Shown here one piece after another: positions 13,001 to 27,742 of a stretch of DNA of 64,000 bases. Under the pieces are notes generated by a model. It saw only the letters and a list, made by a program, of their open reading frames with translations. It had not been told where the DNA came from and did not search any database. The stretch covers positions 1 through 64,000 of the forward strand of contig JADIIX010000122.1 in the NCBI GenBank assembly GCA_027604505.1, written 5' to 3'. The first letter of the stretch is position 1. The number at the start of each line of letters is the position of its first letter. Source of the DNA: Gonapodya sp. JEL0774 (taxonomy: Eukaryota). Both the position numbers and the translations under genes were made by a program.

Positions 13001-15420
13001 AAAATAAGTGCTGTGCTCACAGAGTCATCAAGATGGCACAAGTCATCAACATGAACAAACCTCAGGCACAATTGCATGTGCATTCAGGGGTATTGACACT
13101 GCACTTGATGCACCATCAACTAAGACTGACAGCATGCCTTCTATGGCACCTTCCAACTTTGGGGTGCAAATTACATTTATCACCTCACTTTCTCCTGGTA
13201 ATACAGGAGCCAGGGAGTGAAACACATTGAAGTCAAACATTTCCCTTTTGACACCTGCAATAGTTGCCTGGAATTGCATGGGTATACTACTTGTATTCTG
13301 TATTCTAATGTTGTTGGATGTTGGAAACCCACAAGCAACTTGCCCAAAATCAACGTTCATGCTGCTGAGAGAAAATGTGGGCCCAACAACAGCTCCTTGT
13401 ATTTGTAGCAGAAGAGGCTGAGATGCACCCTATATGAAATTTTTGTGTTGGATCAAGTCATTACGCTATCAAATTCAAGAACTCTCTGGCACACCTCAAT
13501 GTGCCATTCAAATAAGTGATCAAAACTGCCCAGAACAGAATGTTGTACTGATAGTGTAATGACTTGATGATCATTGGGTTCTAATGTGCCAGAGGATGGA
13601 CTGAACGTATACATGTAATCTGGTAAATGGTTTCCTACATAAAAGTAAGAGAACCTTATTTGTCCAACATTATGCAACACAAACTTTATTCAGGGATGTC
13701 AGTTCCTGCTGATCAGACTTCTCACAACAAAAACAAACCTGATATTTGTGAACAGAATTCATAAATATGCTTTCTATTTCCAATAAATCATATGAGAACT
13801 TTCCCTGTGGGCCTATAGCTTTGCCAGCTAGAGCAAGGGGTAGACGTGCTGCTCTCCCAAGAACCTCCAAATATGCTGTTGTCTCATGCAGACCAGCTGT
13901 GATAGGCTTGAACACAATTGTAACCTCTTGCTTGGAATTTGGCCATATTATGCCTTCTGAAGGTTCTAGGTGGAATGCAGGATGCAGAAACAGCAGTTTC
14001 TGTTCATTCAATTGTCTTATTTCATTCTGTGTGAACAACATGGAGTGAGACATGGATGCTGTCCAGTTTCTGAGTTGTAGCTACCTTAAATCTTTCTGCA
14101 AGGAGGGAAATCTCAATCTATGGCGCAGAATAAATGGATGGTATCTTGAGCACATTTACAAACAGAGAAGCATTCTTGCACTCACTTGAGGAGAAGCACT
14201 GGTAATTGCTGTTTCTAACGCATTTTGTAAAGTGACTTGTTGCTTGTCAATTAAATCTCCTTCTTGAATGGCGTTTGGAAACGGTTTCCAGGAGAAACTG
14301 ACCTGAAACACACAACAACAATCACGGAGGTCAAATTTCAGAAAACCTGGCACTTTCTCACTGGATAGGAGCTATTATTGCTGATTGTTATTCTTTTGAT
14401 GGAGCTTAATCTGATGCAGGTATTGTCCATCATGACATGTGAGGTGTCCAAACCAACATCCAGATCTGTAGTACTGCCAGTGAGCTGTACCACAACCACC
14501 TCACCGCTATCATAATTTATGGAAAGGTCATTGCAATAGCTACCATTTTGCTGTCAGATATAAACAGAAGGTTCATGAAATGACTGCGCCAAAACTCTGA
14601 AGGTCTCCACAATACCTTTGGATGGAAAGTTAAAACAACATGCATTTCCTTATTTGGTTCCAGTGTACCCATCTGTGGATCAATCTGAAAAGGTTCTTGC
14701 GTGGCAAACGTGAACCGGGCAGTTGCATTCCCTGTGTTGCGAATCACTATGTGCTTATCTGTCACCTTCTGCACAGGTGCATTATCGATGGTGATGATAT
14801 CCGGTAGTTCCAAATGGGCTGAGACCAACCATTGCCCACAAAACAGGGAGACGGAGTCAACGTTGTGCTGGTCCTGAGCAGCCTCCATTCGACTCACCCC
14901 GTAATCCAAATGCTCTCACAGGAACGGTAAATCTCTCCCGGTCTGTAATACAAATCAAATCTGAAGTGTAATCGCGCACTTCCACGGGTTTAAATCGAAG
15001 CACAAAGGGGACACTGTTTCCCGGAGCAACTCTTTTTGGATTGATAGAGTCTGCTTCAATTTCAAAATAATCACTTTCAATTGGTTCTAGTCTGATGCTT
15101 CTGGCGATCTTAGAGGCAACCACCGTAAGACCAGGAACAGAACTCCAAGAAACTTAGCGGCTCACACTGTCGTTGTTTCGCAGAGTGACAAAAATCTCAT
15201 ACACATGAAGCGCTTGGAAGCTTTGAAGAATAATTTCACTGGGTATCGCTTGAAATAGAGGGACGTTGAGATCTGACTGTATGGGGAGTTTGCTATTGTC
15301 CCGTAATTCCAATATCTCGGGTTCTCGTATTGACAAGGACGCATGGGCTAAGCGTGCAGCCATTGTTAGTGACAGAATCCGACGACGTTCTGACGGACGT
15401 GTTTTCATTCGCCGATCCAT
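1024..15420 (-). CDS. HYDIN: Hydin, axonemal central-pair protein (multi-exon, roughly 4,500 aa)
   Basis: N-terminus RPSERRRILSLTMAARL...PEILEL...LFQAIPSEIILQSF...VTLRNND matches HYDIN. Many ASH/PapD-like Ig repeats (DFG..V, F.I.P..G.I.P), an internal adenylate-kinase-like P-loop IIIVHGPPYSGKTT, and C-terminal IMWTYYLKAV*. Exons join through GT-AG introns. Confidence 0.95.
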
Positions 15421-15543
15421 GGTTATATGTCGCCTTCAGAAACGCCCAACGCGCAACTGTGGCTCTGGGCCCACTCAGCCTTTCCTGGGACTCACAATAT
15501 TGGCACGCAGAAAAATCTCTACATTATGATAATCGTTCAATTA

Positions 15544-18812
<3,269 letters not shown>

Positions 18813-18910
18813 CTGCTTCAAATCAAATGTTTTGGTAGAGTCAGCTTGAATTTGGGTTGACCCGTGCGGTTTGGAGGGAGGGCACCCGTACACGCACCAA
18901 CGCCAAAATA
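18813..18910. promoter_or_regulatory. Putative bidirectional promoter MCM5 / STB6-like (98 bp between start codons)
   Basis: Head-to-head ATGs at 18812(-) and 18911(+). Confidence 0.6.
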
Positions 18911-21900
18911 ATGGTTAGGTTGCTGCTCGTTGAGCGGGGATGCTTTTGTGACCTCGCTGGCCGTGAGCAATCAACAAACCCGACGATCGTCAACATAGTT
19001 GCAGATTCAGTGGAGGTTGAGGGTTTCCAGACATTCGTCGTTTCCGAGTGGTGAGTGCTCCTCTACCTCAGTCCCATGCCGAGTTCTCAACTCACACCAA
19101 TAAAACGATCGTTCGAATCAAATGTAGGGTGTACATTCGAGCACGGAGGTACAAAACCATTACGGTGTTCACTGGAAATCCGAACGACAAGGTTGGTTAT
19201 GATGTCAAATCCGACATTAAGATTCAGATACCATTTATTGAGTGGTTTTAAGATCAAAGTATGCATCATTGACTTTCTGAAAGATGATCCAAGTACATAT
19301 GGGCGCGAGCTTCACGCTCTCTTCTCTCAAATGGAGAGAGATGGAGCCAAACCTAAATCGGTGAGTACCGGTTTGTGCCGAATGGCCCGTTGCGAACTGG
19401 AACGATCACTGACTAACCAAATCCTTTTTGCTCACTCCCTCTGAAATTTCTACAGACCAAGCACGGCACGATAATGATAACTGATCTTTCATCACTGCCC
19501 CCTTCATTGTCGACCCTTCAACTTCCAGATGGAGATTATGACGAGCAGTACGGAAGTATTCGCCTTGCGCTAAATCTTCGTCGTTTTGGATGCACGGGTC
19601 GGACGAACTTGGCGCTCACTAAGGCACCAACGTGAGTCGGGCAACCGTGTGAGACCGTTCTCACGCTAACTTTCTTGGTCCGTTGCAGTGAAGCGTCTCG
19701 AGAGCGATTTTACTATCTCTTTCTTGTTCACGACTCGTTAGTGGATCGACGGCTCTGTTTTCCGTATCCCACCTCACTCGGATCGTTTCTTCTTCCAGCA
19801 TACCCTTCGAGAAAGGCGTAGTTGAACTGGCCCTACTCATCCAAAGATCTCTTTTTCTTTTTGGACTACTCGAGCGCCAGTATGTGGATGGGCTTCTATG
19901 CGATAATACAGTCAGAGGTTTGCAACTGTTCTCTGAATATTTCGGAGCTCCAAGTCTTCAAGTGAGGCACTAGACTCTTAAGATACGTGGTTCATTTGTT
20001 ACTTAAGAACTACTCCGGTCTTGTGAACAGATCGCTGACCAAGGTATCGATCGGAATATCGTTGCCTCTCTTTTGAGCAAAATCACCAGCACACGACACA
20101 AACTCGCTAGCATCGGGCTCAAAGATGTAATTATTTACCTTTTTGGATTTTGGCTTTGGTCCTACTGATGTCACTCGCCATTAGGTCCCAAAAGATCCAT
20201 TTGCGTCACTGGACGCATTTTTGTCCGCCATCAGAACATTTCAACAGACTTCGTTTGTGTGTATCTATGAACGTGCTGCCATGATGATATCCTGACCTTG
20301 TGAATTGTTCCTTAGAGGGATTCTGATTGTCAGCCGTCTGTTACGTCCCTACTGGATGTACCCACTGTACAGCGAATTGAGAAAGTTTATCTTCTGCGCG
20401 CTGCCATGCCCAAAAAAATGGATGACAAGGTACGAGCATTAAAAAGTAAAGTCGGAGAAGTTGCAGGTGAATTCGGACAGCGAACCTGTCGGGACTACTG
20501 TCTAAATCCACCACCCTAGGCGTTGCAAATCACATCCTATCATCGAGCTCTGCGGATTCAGAAACACAACAAATTGAGATTTTGCGGCAGAATGCGACCA
20601 TTGAGAGCCTCAAGTACCTGTTCTACGGCTCCAAGATGCCCAGAAGAGGAGGAACAACGCAGAATCCAACTAGCACCACTGGCGACCCTGTGGGAGAACA
20701 AGCAGCGATGGCTTCTGCCACAGGGTCCGGGGCCAGAATGTTTTTCGGCAAAGAGAAAGCACCTAAAGTTATTTCTCCAACAGCAGGTTTTATCAAGAAT
20801 ATCCGCGGCGTGGCAGAGTGCGTGTGGTGCGCGATTTCACAATTATCTTCGTCAAGTTCGCAAATACTCTCTTTTTTTAGGACAATTACGAAAATCTCTG
20901 GAGCTGAAGCTGAACGTCGTAGGGCTGGCGTTCGAGCCCATTCTGATCGGCACTCCTTTGGTCAAGACACAATTGGCACCGAAACCGAAGCCAAGTGCCT
21001 ATGTTGCTGGTTGCTCATTCTGTGATTGCTTGTTTGTTAATCATCTTGCATATTCTTTTAGTGGTGACGCTGTGGAAATTGACCAATTCGCGGATGGAGC
21101 AACTACAGAGCAAAGTGATGAAGGTGTGTTAACAGACGGACGGTTAAGGAATCCCCTTCCGCTCATGTTGCAGCTTGCAGGTCACCCATCCGAGCTTGAG
21201 TTCTTCCCATACGTGGAGTTGGATGCAACTTCGACAGCGACAGGTGCTTTGATCGATAATTCTGGAGTCACGAGTACTCCTCCATTCTCAACAGTGATCA
21301 CCAGAGGGCGCTCTCCAACTGCTTCAAAAATTGATGATCGGGAGACCTCCTTCTCTACGTTACAGGGCCGTGGACGTTCGCATTCACTCAACCCAGTTTC
21401 TCCAAAACTACTGGACTCCTTCCCCGTGATGTATCGAGCGTATTCGGCGGATTCTCTTCGTAATCCTAGACTTAATCAAAGGTGGGATGTTCTTGGTACC
21501 AATAACTGCCGGGATCAATACTGCAGAATGACCCTTCGCTATTCATTAGAAGCAATTTCACCGAAATGGACTTTGAAACGTACACAGTGTTTGACAGACT
21601 GAAGACCCAGATTCCGGACATCGATATGATGTTGACTTCCGTAGAGGTGTGTTTTGCCTGTTTCCCATCGCAATATGACCCATTTGCGCACCGCAAATTG
21701 TACCAGGGAATCGCAACTAGAAGTGACATTGTTCTCCAATCACTAGAAGACAGTTATCGACTACGCCAAGAGAAATTGGATGTAGGTGCTGTGATTTCCA
21801 CGGATGTCGTGAGCAGGGGCTCATTGAGTTGGTTTATGTTCACCAGGGACTGGCCTCACATATCACCGAAGTACTTGATGCTCAAAAGGTGGTGGGTGTC

Positions 21901-22111
21901 ACTGTCGACTCGCTCGAAAACCGGCATCTCAAATCGGGGTATGAATCGTCGGTTTTAGAAGACAAAGGCGAGTATCATCCTGGAAATCGTTCGGTGTGAC
22001 TGTGTAGACGTTTTATTTATGTGTGTATTTCCCCCTCTCATGCTTTTAGTTAAAGAGCTTCAAGAGGTCCTGCAGAATTTTATGGCACGCCTACGGGCCT
22101 TAGTACTTTAA
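18911..22111 (+). CDS. STB6: STB6/STB2-like (Sin3-binding family) fungal protein, multi-exon
   Basis: Motifs VEGFQTFVVSEW, TITVFTGNPNDK, HGTIMITDLSSLPPSLSTLQLPDGDY, LNLRRFGCTGRTNLAL and YVDGLLCDNTVRGL resemble the STB6 N-terminal domain. Coiled-coil C-terminus YESSVLEDK|VKELQEVLQNFMARLRALVL* ends at 22111. Confidence 0.8.
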
Positions 22112-24268
22112 CCTCTTCAAGGAGTATTCGCGGTATTGTGGGCGATCTAAAGTTCAAATTAGGTATGGGTTTTAGAGCAATTCCGCGTGTCCAGCTTTTT
22201 CCTGCTCACATATCATGTAAAAAATTGTCAACAATGCGAATCCAAGTATGACGAATACAAGTCCTTTAAAAACGTAGCCGAGTCCAATGAGGTTTTGGAT
22301 TTTGCTCCCAAATAAGACTGGTTTGATGTTAAGCGCAGTGTTTAATGAGACGGGACATTAGAGGAGAACGATGATAGACAGAGAGCTCACTGGAGGTGCT
22401 CGTATATCGTGCATACTACCGGGGCCAAGGGACCGTCAGGTTCTCTGTCAGTAAAAAACCCGAACCGTTTGCACCTCTCCCCTGAGGCCACTAACCTCTG
22501 CAAACGAAATTGTGCAAAACTGCGTGACGCTCAAAGAGCACAAGAGTACGATCCCGGTGTTGAAAATCATCGAGCTCATCATGGTCTCGCCGACCTTCAT
22601 TTCGTGTATGGGGATGAAAATGATCCTCATGCCCAGCTTCAGTACGCCCTAAAGCGACCCCAAAAGAGCGGGTGAGGAAACCACGACACCGAAATCACAC
22701 ATCACACACGGTTGACACCTCCTAGCACGACCCTTGGGCCCACCTTGAGCACGCAACCGAGGAGCCAAAAGCTCCACAGGGCATACAGTGCGATGCCGAT
22801 AAACGGCACCACCGACACCGATTTGAAAAAGTTATTGAGGAAAGCGTCGGGGGGGTACACGCCAACTTGAACAGGCAGGTCGTAGATGCAGATGTGGATG
22901 ATCCACATGAGAGATACGATGCCGCTACAAGAGAACCCAGCCCGGTTGTGTAGAAGTTGTGCGGTGCGTACGCAAGGAGGCGCAGTGAGTGGTGGTGATT
23001 AAGGGGGGTTGGGTATCGGCACCACATGCGAAACACGAACAAACACGTCAGCACAAACAACGAACGAAATCTCCAAGTACTCCATTTCATTTTGTTTTTT
23101 GTTTTTCATTCGGCAAAAAAAAAAAAAAAAAAGCAACGAAAAATAAGGAGCACGAGCACGCACGCCCCGCGCCCCATGCGATGACGCACCCGACGACACC
23201 GACGATGAGCAGCACAATTTGCAAGAGGGCGTTTCCGCCTTGCATCTTGTACGATTCGTTCATTCGAAGGTAGTGGTGTTCTAAAACTAGTACGTCCTTT
23301 GTGTGTGTACGAAACGGTAATACGGGGAGCGGAGCGAGGGACGTGGGGAGGGAGGCATTGGGGGAATGGGGTAGCGGAGGGTCGGTTGGTTTGGTGGGAC
23401 GAGCGAGCGGGAGGCAAACTCAGAGCACCAAGGACGCAACCACCGTCCCCGCAACCCTCGGTCTACGTCCACACCATCCCACTTTCCGTTTCTTCATTGT
23501 TCGTTTTTCATTTGTGGGGGTGTGGATGTCTCTTCGCGGGCCACTACCACACCAACCACCTGACTCTCTGCGTCGGTCGGTTCCAGCAGATTCATTCACC
23601 TTCCTGAACCTATCTTGCCTGTTCCTCAGATCCCTCTGCCGTCTCCGACTCGACCTCCCGCGGGCCACCTCGCGTTGTTCTTCTTGCATGCGTTTGGCAG
23701 CTTCGAGCATCATGGAGGCTTTTTCGGCAATGACTTTTTTGCGTTGGTTGTATCTGGGGGCAAGAGAGGTAGGGGTGGGCCGAGAGACGGGGGGGAGGGT
23801 CACGGAGATGTGCGGTGGGTAAGGGGATGGGAGGTTTATGAGGAGAAAGAGGGAAGCGGGGATGAGCCGACGCCGGGTCGGGTGGCTCAACCCTCCACCC
23901 AAACCACGGAACAACATCCACATCCCCCTCTCCCCCCACCCCACCGCCACTCTCATCCAGATCCGGGCCACAAGTTCCCGCGCTCACCCACCCACCAGTC
24001 CATCTCCTCCCACCGTCCAACCACGGCCCTCTTCCCGCCCGCACCTGCCAATCCCACCCCCACCCCACCCGCCGCTCACCCCAACTCACTCGCTCGTCTT
24101 TATGGGCTTCGGCCTATACTTATAATCGAGGATCATATCCCATGGCAACGCGACGAGCCCGACGCCGCCAAAGACCGAGAAGAGGATCCACCCGAGGAAC
24201 GAGGTGAGCGCGACGGCGTAGACCAGGACAGAGACGGCGATTTTTTCCTTGAGTGGGTAGGTGGAGCA
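22100..24268 (-). CDS. LMBR1-domain (LIMR-family) multi-pass membrane protein, 3' half only
   Basis: Exons 24268-24090 (CSTY...VYAVALTSFLGWILFSVFGGVGLVALPWDMILDYKYRPKPI), 23753-23600, 23296-23190, 22924-22744, 22648-22496 (KLGMRIIFIPIHEMKVGETMMSSMIFNTG), 22415-22391 and two final exons to ...SLKRLKY*. N-terminal exons were not found. Confidence 0.85.
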
Positions 24269-24499
24269 CTGAGGGGTTTTTTGTTTTTGCGGGATTCGGG
24301 GGGAGGGGGGGGGGAAAAGTGTGGAAGAAGGGGTGCGGTTTGGAAAGTGATTGAGTGAGCAGTGGGCGAGGGAATTGCGGGTTGCCACGTTTCCACGTGT
24401 GGACGTTCGCTTGGGGCCTGAACCTGAGCCGAGCCCGACACGATCCCTCTCACACTTCCTTGCACCCTCTCCTCTCCCCACACCCACGGTCCCCACATA

Positions 24500-24559
24500 C
24501 CCCCCTTCCCCACCGCACCTTCCCCCCACACCCCCCCCACCCCCCCCCCCCCCCCCCCC
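24500..24559. repeat. Poly-C / C-run tract at the gene-transposon junction
   Basis: ccccccccac cccccccccc ccccccccca at 24531-24560. Confidence 0.9.
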
Positions 24560-24800
24560 ACAAGTGAAGGGCAAGCCAAGGTAGTTGTGCTCTTTTTTTG
24601 ACAGAAGATCCTCCTTGTAGAGCTGGAGAGGGGTCTCCTGCTGCACTGGCTGCTCCAAGAAGAGGATGCTTTTGGCTGGTGCAAAATTGCATTCAAGCAT
24701 CCAAACTCTCAGCAGCCTTGTCATGCGGCAGTGGTCAAAGACCACCAGTACCACCATATTCTCTGCAAACAGTAGCGCATTGATGAGCTGATTTGCACTC
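24560..24800 (-). mobile_element. Degraded non-LTR (LINE) reverse transcriptase fragment
   Basis: NALLFAENMVVLV (decayed LLFADD), W...NFAPAKS and HNYLGLPF follow the order of RT domains 5-7. Confidence 0.6.
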
Positions 24801-24849
24801 AAAGTCCAGTCTCCTCCTTAAATTCCAAAATCGCAAGAGTAAGATCATT

Positions 24850-25520
24850 AATAAAGAAATCATTAATCAAAATTGGAGTAGTTGGAAATAAATCCACTTC
24901 TGTTGCATGTTGCAGAAGGCCGTGGTGACATGGGGCTCAATTTTTACAGCACATCAGTCATCAAGCGTACTATTCCAGGTATTTGCACTGTGAGGACAAT
25001 CTATCGTTTTTACTATCTGGTGGAAGTTTCCAGAATGCCAGCATTTCTATATATACACTTGGGCACTCAAACATACTAGAACTTTGGGACATTTGAACCG
25101 ACAAGCTTATTTGCCAATGATCCTGACTTGGATTATCGCTTTATTGAACGCCAATTTCTGTGGAGCACTCATGCACGTAGAGTCCCATCACAATATCTAC
25201 GGTCATGCCTAATTTAAACGAAATGGTTGGCTCACTTATGATTGGGACGTTCACCATCCTTTGCAAACACATGGATTCCAACTTACGAAACTTGATAAAG
25301 GAAAATCATTGGATTGTTTGGGATGTGATTTGGGAAAAGCATATCTGGTTCCGAATTCAAAACCAACTCGTGTGCTCACGACCAAAACTGTCAAACAACT
25401 ACATGTGGACACTTGGGGACCGGTACTGATTGGAACAACAGGAGGATTTCAATATTTTCAGCAATAGTGGACAAGGCCTCAGGTATGGGATTCAATGCAC
25501 TAAAGCATCAAAGAAGCTCA
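24850..25520 (+). mobile_element. Degraded Ty1/Copia pol fragment (post-protease, GAG-pre-integrase, integrase start)
   Basis: HVAEGRGD, LDCLGCDLGKAY and QLHVDTWGPVLIGTTGGFQYF, paralogous to 29,500-29,790; frameshifted. Confidence 0.75.
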
Positions 25521-26519
25521 GAGACAAAAAGCTGCAGTCAATGCTGTGGTAGTGAAGCGCAGACAGAGGTTGCGGAGGGCGGTGCAAGTTATTATCAACA
25601 CTAGGTCAACTTTGTGCGGGTATCATTTTCCCCTTTTCTCCCTTTGATTTTCGTGATATGAAAGAGCCAGGTTAGGTAGATGTCAGAGAGATGTGACCCA
25701 GGTATGGTGGTGACGTAGCCAGCAGCACAGATACAGATGTGGCAGCAACTGTCAAGCCTCCCTCATGTTGTTCATTGTTCTCTTTGCTCTTCCATTCCTC
25801 ATCTGTGCGAGCCCAGTTACGAGAAAAAAGAGGACAATTTTCTGTCAAGAGCGTCATCTAACATTCAGTCCAGATGTGTTTAGTGTCAATGGTCATTTGG
25901 AGACTGTCATTGACCTAGCAATACAGGTGACTACTTGCATCTTGTTACTTGTGCTCTTTTCTCTTCCACCCCACTTCCACGCGAGCCCAGGTTAGTCCAG
26001 AAGTGTTTGGCATCAACAGTCATGTGGAGACTGTCACTGATGTAGCACAAAAGCCCTGGATGGCCTCCCTCTTGACTCTCACAAGCTCGTGGAATTTGAG
26101 GTTTGGGTGTGTTTGTAAATTAGACACATATTTATTGAGTGTATTGCAGTGTACCAGGGCACCAAGCAATGAGGTGAGGCAGGTGTGAACCCAAAGTGGG
26201 AGATTCTGGATATGGGGACCAATTCGGTCCAGGCAGCGGGATGCAAGGAAGCTTGGTATGCCGGGTAGCTCCAGGAGCTCTGGGATTGTAGGTGTGGATG
26301 GCATTGGTGGAAGTGGTGAGTGGGGGAAACGAGCGTGGGCCTAAGGTACACTGCTGGTAAACAAGATATGTAGTGCAGGGTCTGGAAATGGTGGAATCAG
26401 AGCAGATTCAAATTTTAGGTGGGGCAGTGCTTTTATCGCTATGTTGTCACACGTGGTGTGGGAGATCAGATCAGCACCTTTGTTTGTAAGGTCAGGGATG
26501 AAAACTAGGCAGAGTTCTT

Positions 26520-27637
26520 GATGTGTGGCACAGAAAATACAGATCCACTCCCCCACGAACAAATTGTCCTGCCATAAACAAGTCTACTCACACCCACTCA
26601 TCCCAGAATGGAAGACCATCGTCTACCAACAAGACCTCATCTTGCACAATACATACGCCATTTGTGTGTGGGGTGGCTTCCAACCACCCAAAATCATAGA
26701 CCCAATCCATGACACACTTTCAAACACACTTGCTGTCATGATCAGAGTTGTGAAAGCAAACGTCCCCAAACCTTTTATTCAAGCCATATGCTGCATCCCC
26801 ATATACTACATCTGTGAACTACAAGTCTTCAAGCTTGCTCTCCAAATCAAAATTGACAGCCTGGGACCACAGGAGTAGTTACACTGGGTGCAAAGCAAGT
26901 AGTTCATTGCTTGCTTACCATTTGCTTCCCTTCTATGTTGCCAGGGTAGAATGTCCACTGGTTGGTGCATGGATATGATTTTCTTGCAGTACTCTACTTC
27001 CCGCTCTCCCACCCACTTAGAGTTGTCCTTGCTCTCCAACTGCAGTGCGTCTGCGATAGGCAATCTGCACACCTGGAACACCACCAAAACTGCTAACAGG
27101 CACCCCTCTCTCCCCACAACCATCCTCATATCCACCCTACTGGCTTCAAAAACTGGTTTCAGGTGAGAGACCTTCCTCACCCTGAGCGAAACGTACTACC
27201 CTACCTGCTGCCAAACCTCCCCTAGACAACCCCATGGCACTGCCCATGTTTGACCTCAGATCTACCCACCACTCAGTACTTGGCGTAGACACATTGGGCC
27301 TTGTGATGGGCAGACAATCCATTCCTTCATACTGTGCAAACAATGATAGTGCTGCCTCTGCCTTAAACATGGCTCCATCAAAACACTCAAACACGTTTAC
27401 CTGAGTTGCACCCACCCTGCTCTAGTCACAGCTGGCATCAGACTCAGACTCCATATGTCCCCATTCACAACCACAATGAAGATTTTTCAACCACCATCCA
27501 CCCTACAAAACTTTGCCACCATGTTCATACACTGTGGCAACTACCAACTGGCCAGTGACCTTGGACACATTGCCTCCACTGCCCATGCCGTCACCAAAGA
27601 TCTCACCAACTGCTTTGGCCCAGATATCTCCAAAATC
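26520..27637 (+). mobile_element. Degraded LINE 3' remnant, copy 1
   Basis: 27,210-27,637 aligns by eye to the inverted copy at ~32.95-34.05 kb (KPPLDNPMALPMFDLRSTHH...LGVDTLGLVMGRQS, ETPKH-like zinc-knuckle region). C/A-rich and CpG-poor; cut at 27,637 by an LTR. Confidence 0.65.
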
Positions 27638-27742
27638 TGTTAGATATGTATGATGTTGTGTGTGTACTATATATTTGTATTATTGCCTGCCGGTGTGCAA
27701 TATACTAAGTTGCTCACATGAGAACATACCTGTATTCAGACA
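27638..27742 (+). repeat. Putative 5' LTR (TG...CA, 105 bp) followed by a Copia-type PBS GGTTGTGAGCC at 27743
   Basis: Begins TGTTAGATA and ends TTCAGACA. The next bases resemble the GGTTATGRGCCC internal tRNA-iMet priming site of Copia elements. Confidence 0.7.

Noticed and set aside
22215..22314. Plus-strand frame KNCQQCESKYDEYK... as the STB6 last exon
   Set aside because: No AG acceptor. The region is an LMBR1-like exon on the minus strand (ILFGSKIQNLIGLG).
23106..24802. Many overlapping 100-250 aa Pro/Gly/Arg-rich ORFs on both strands
   Set aside because: Artefacts of GC-rich, stop-poor intron sequence. The real exons belong to the LMBR1-like gene.
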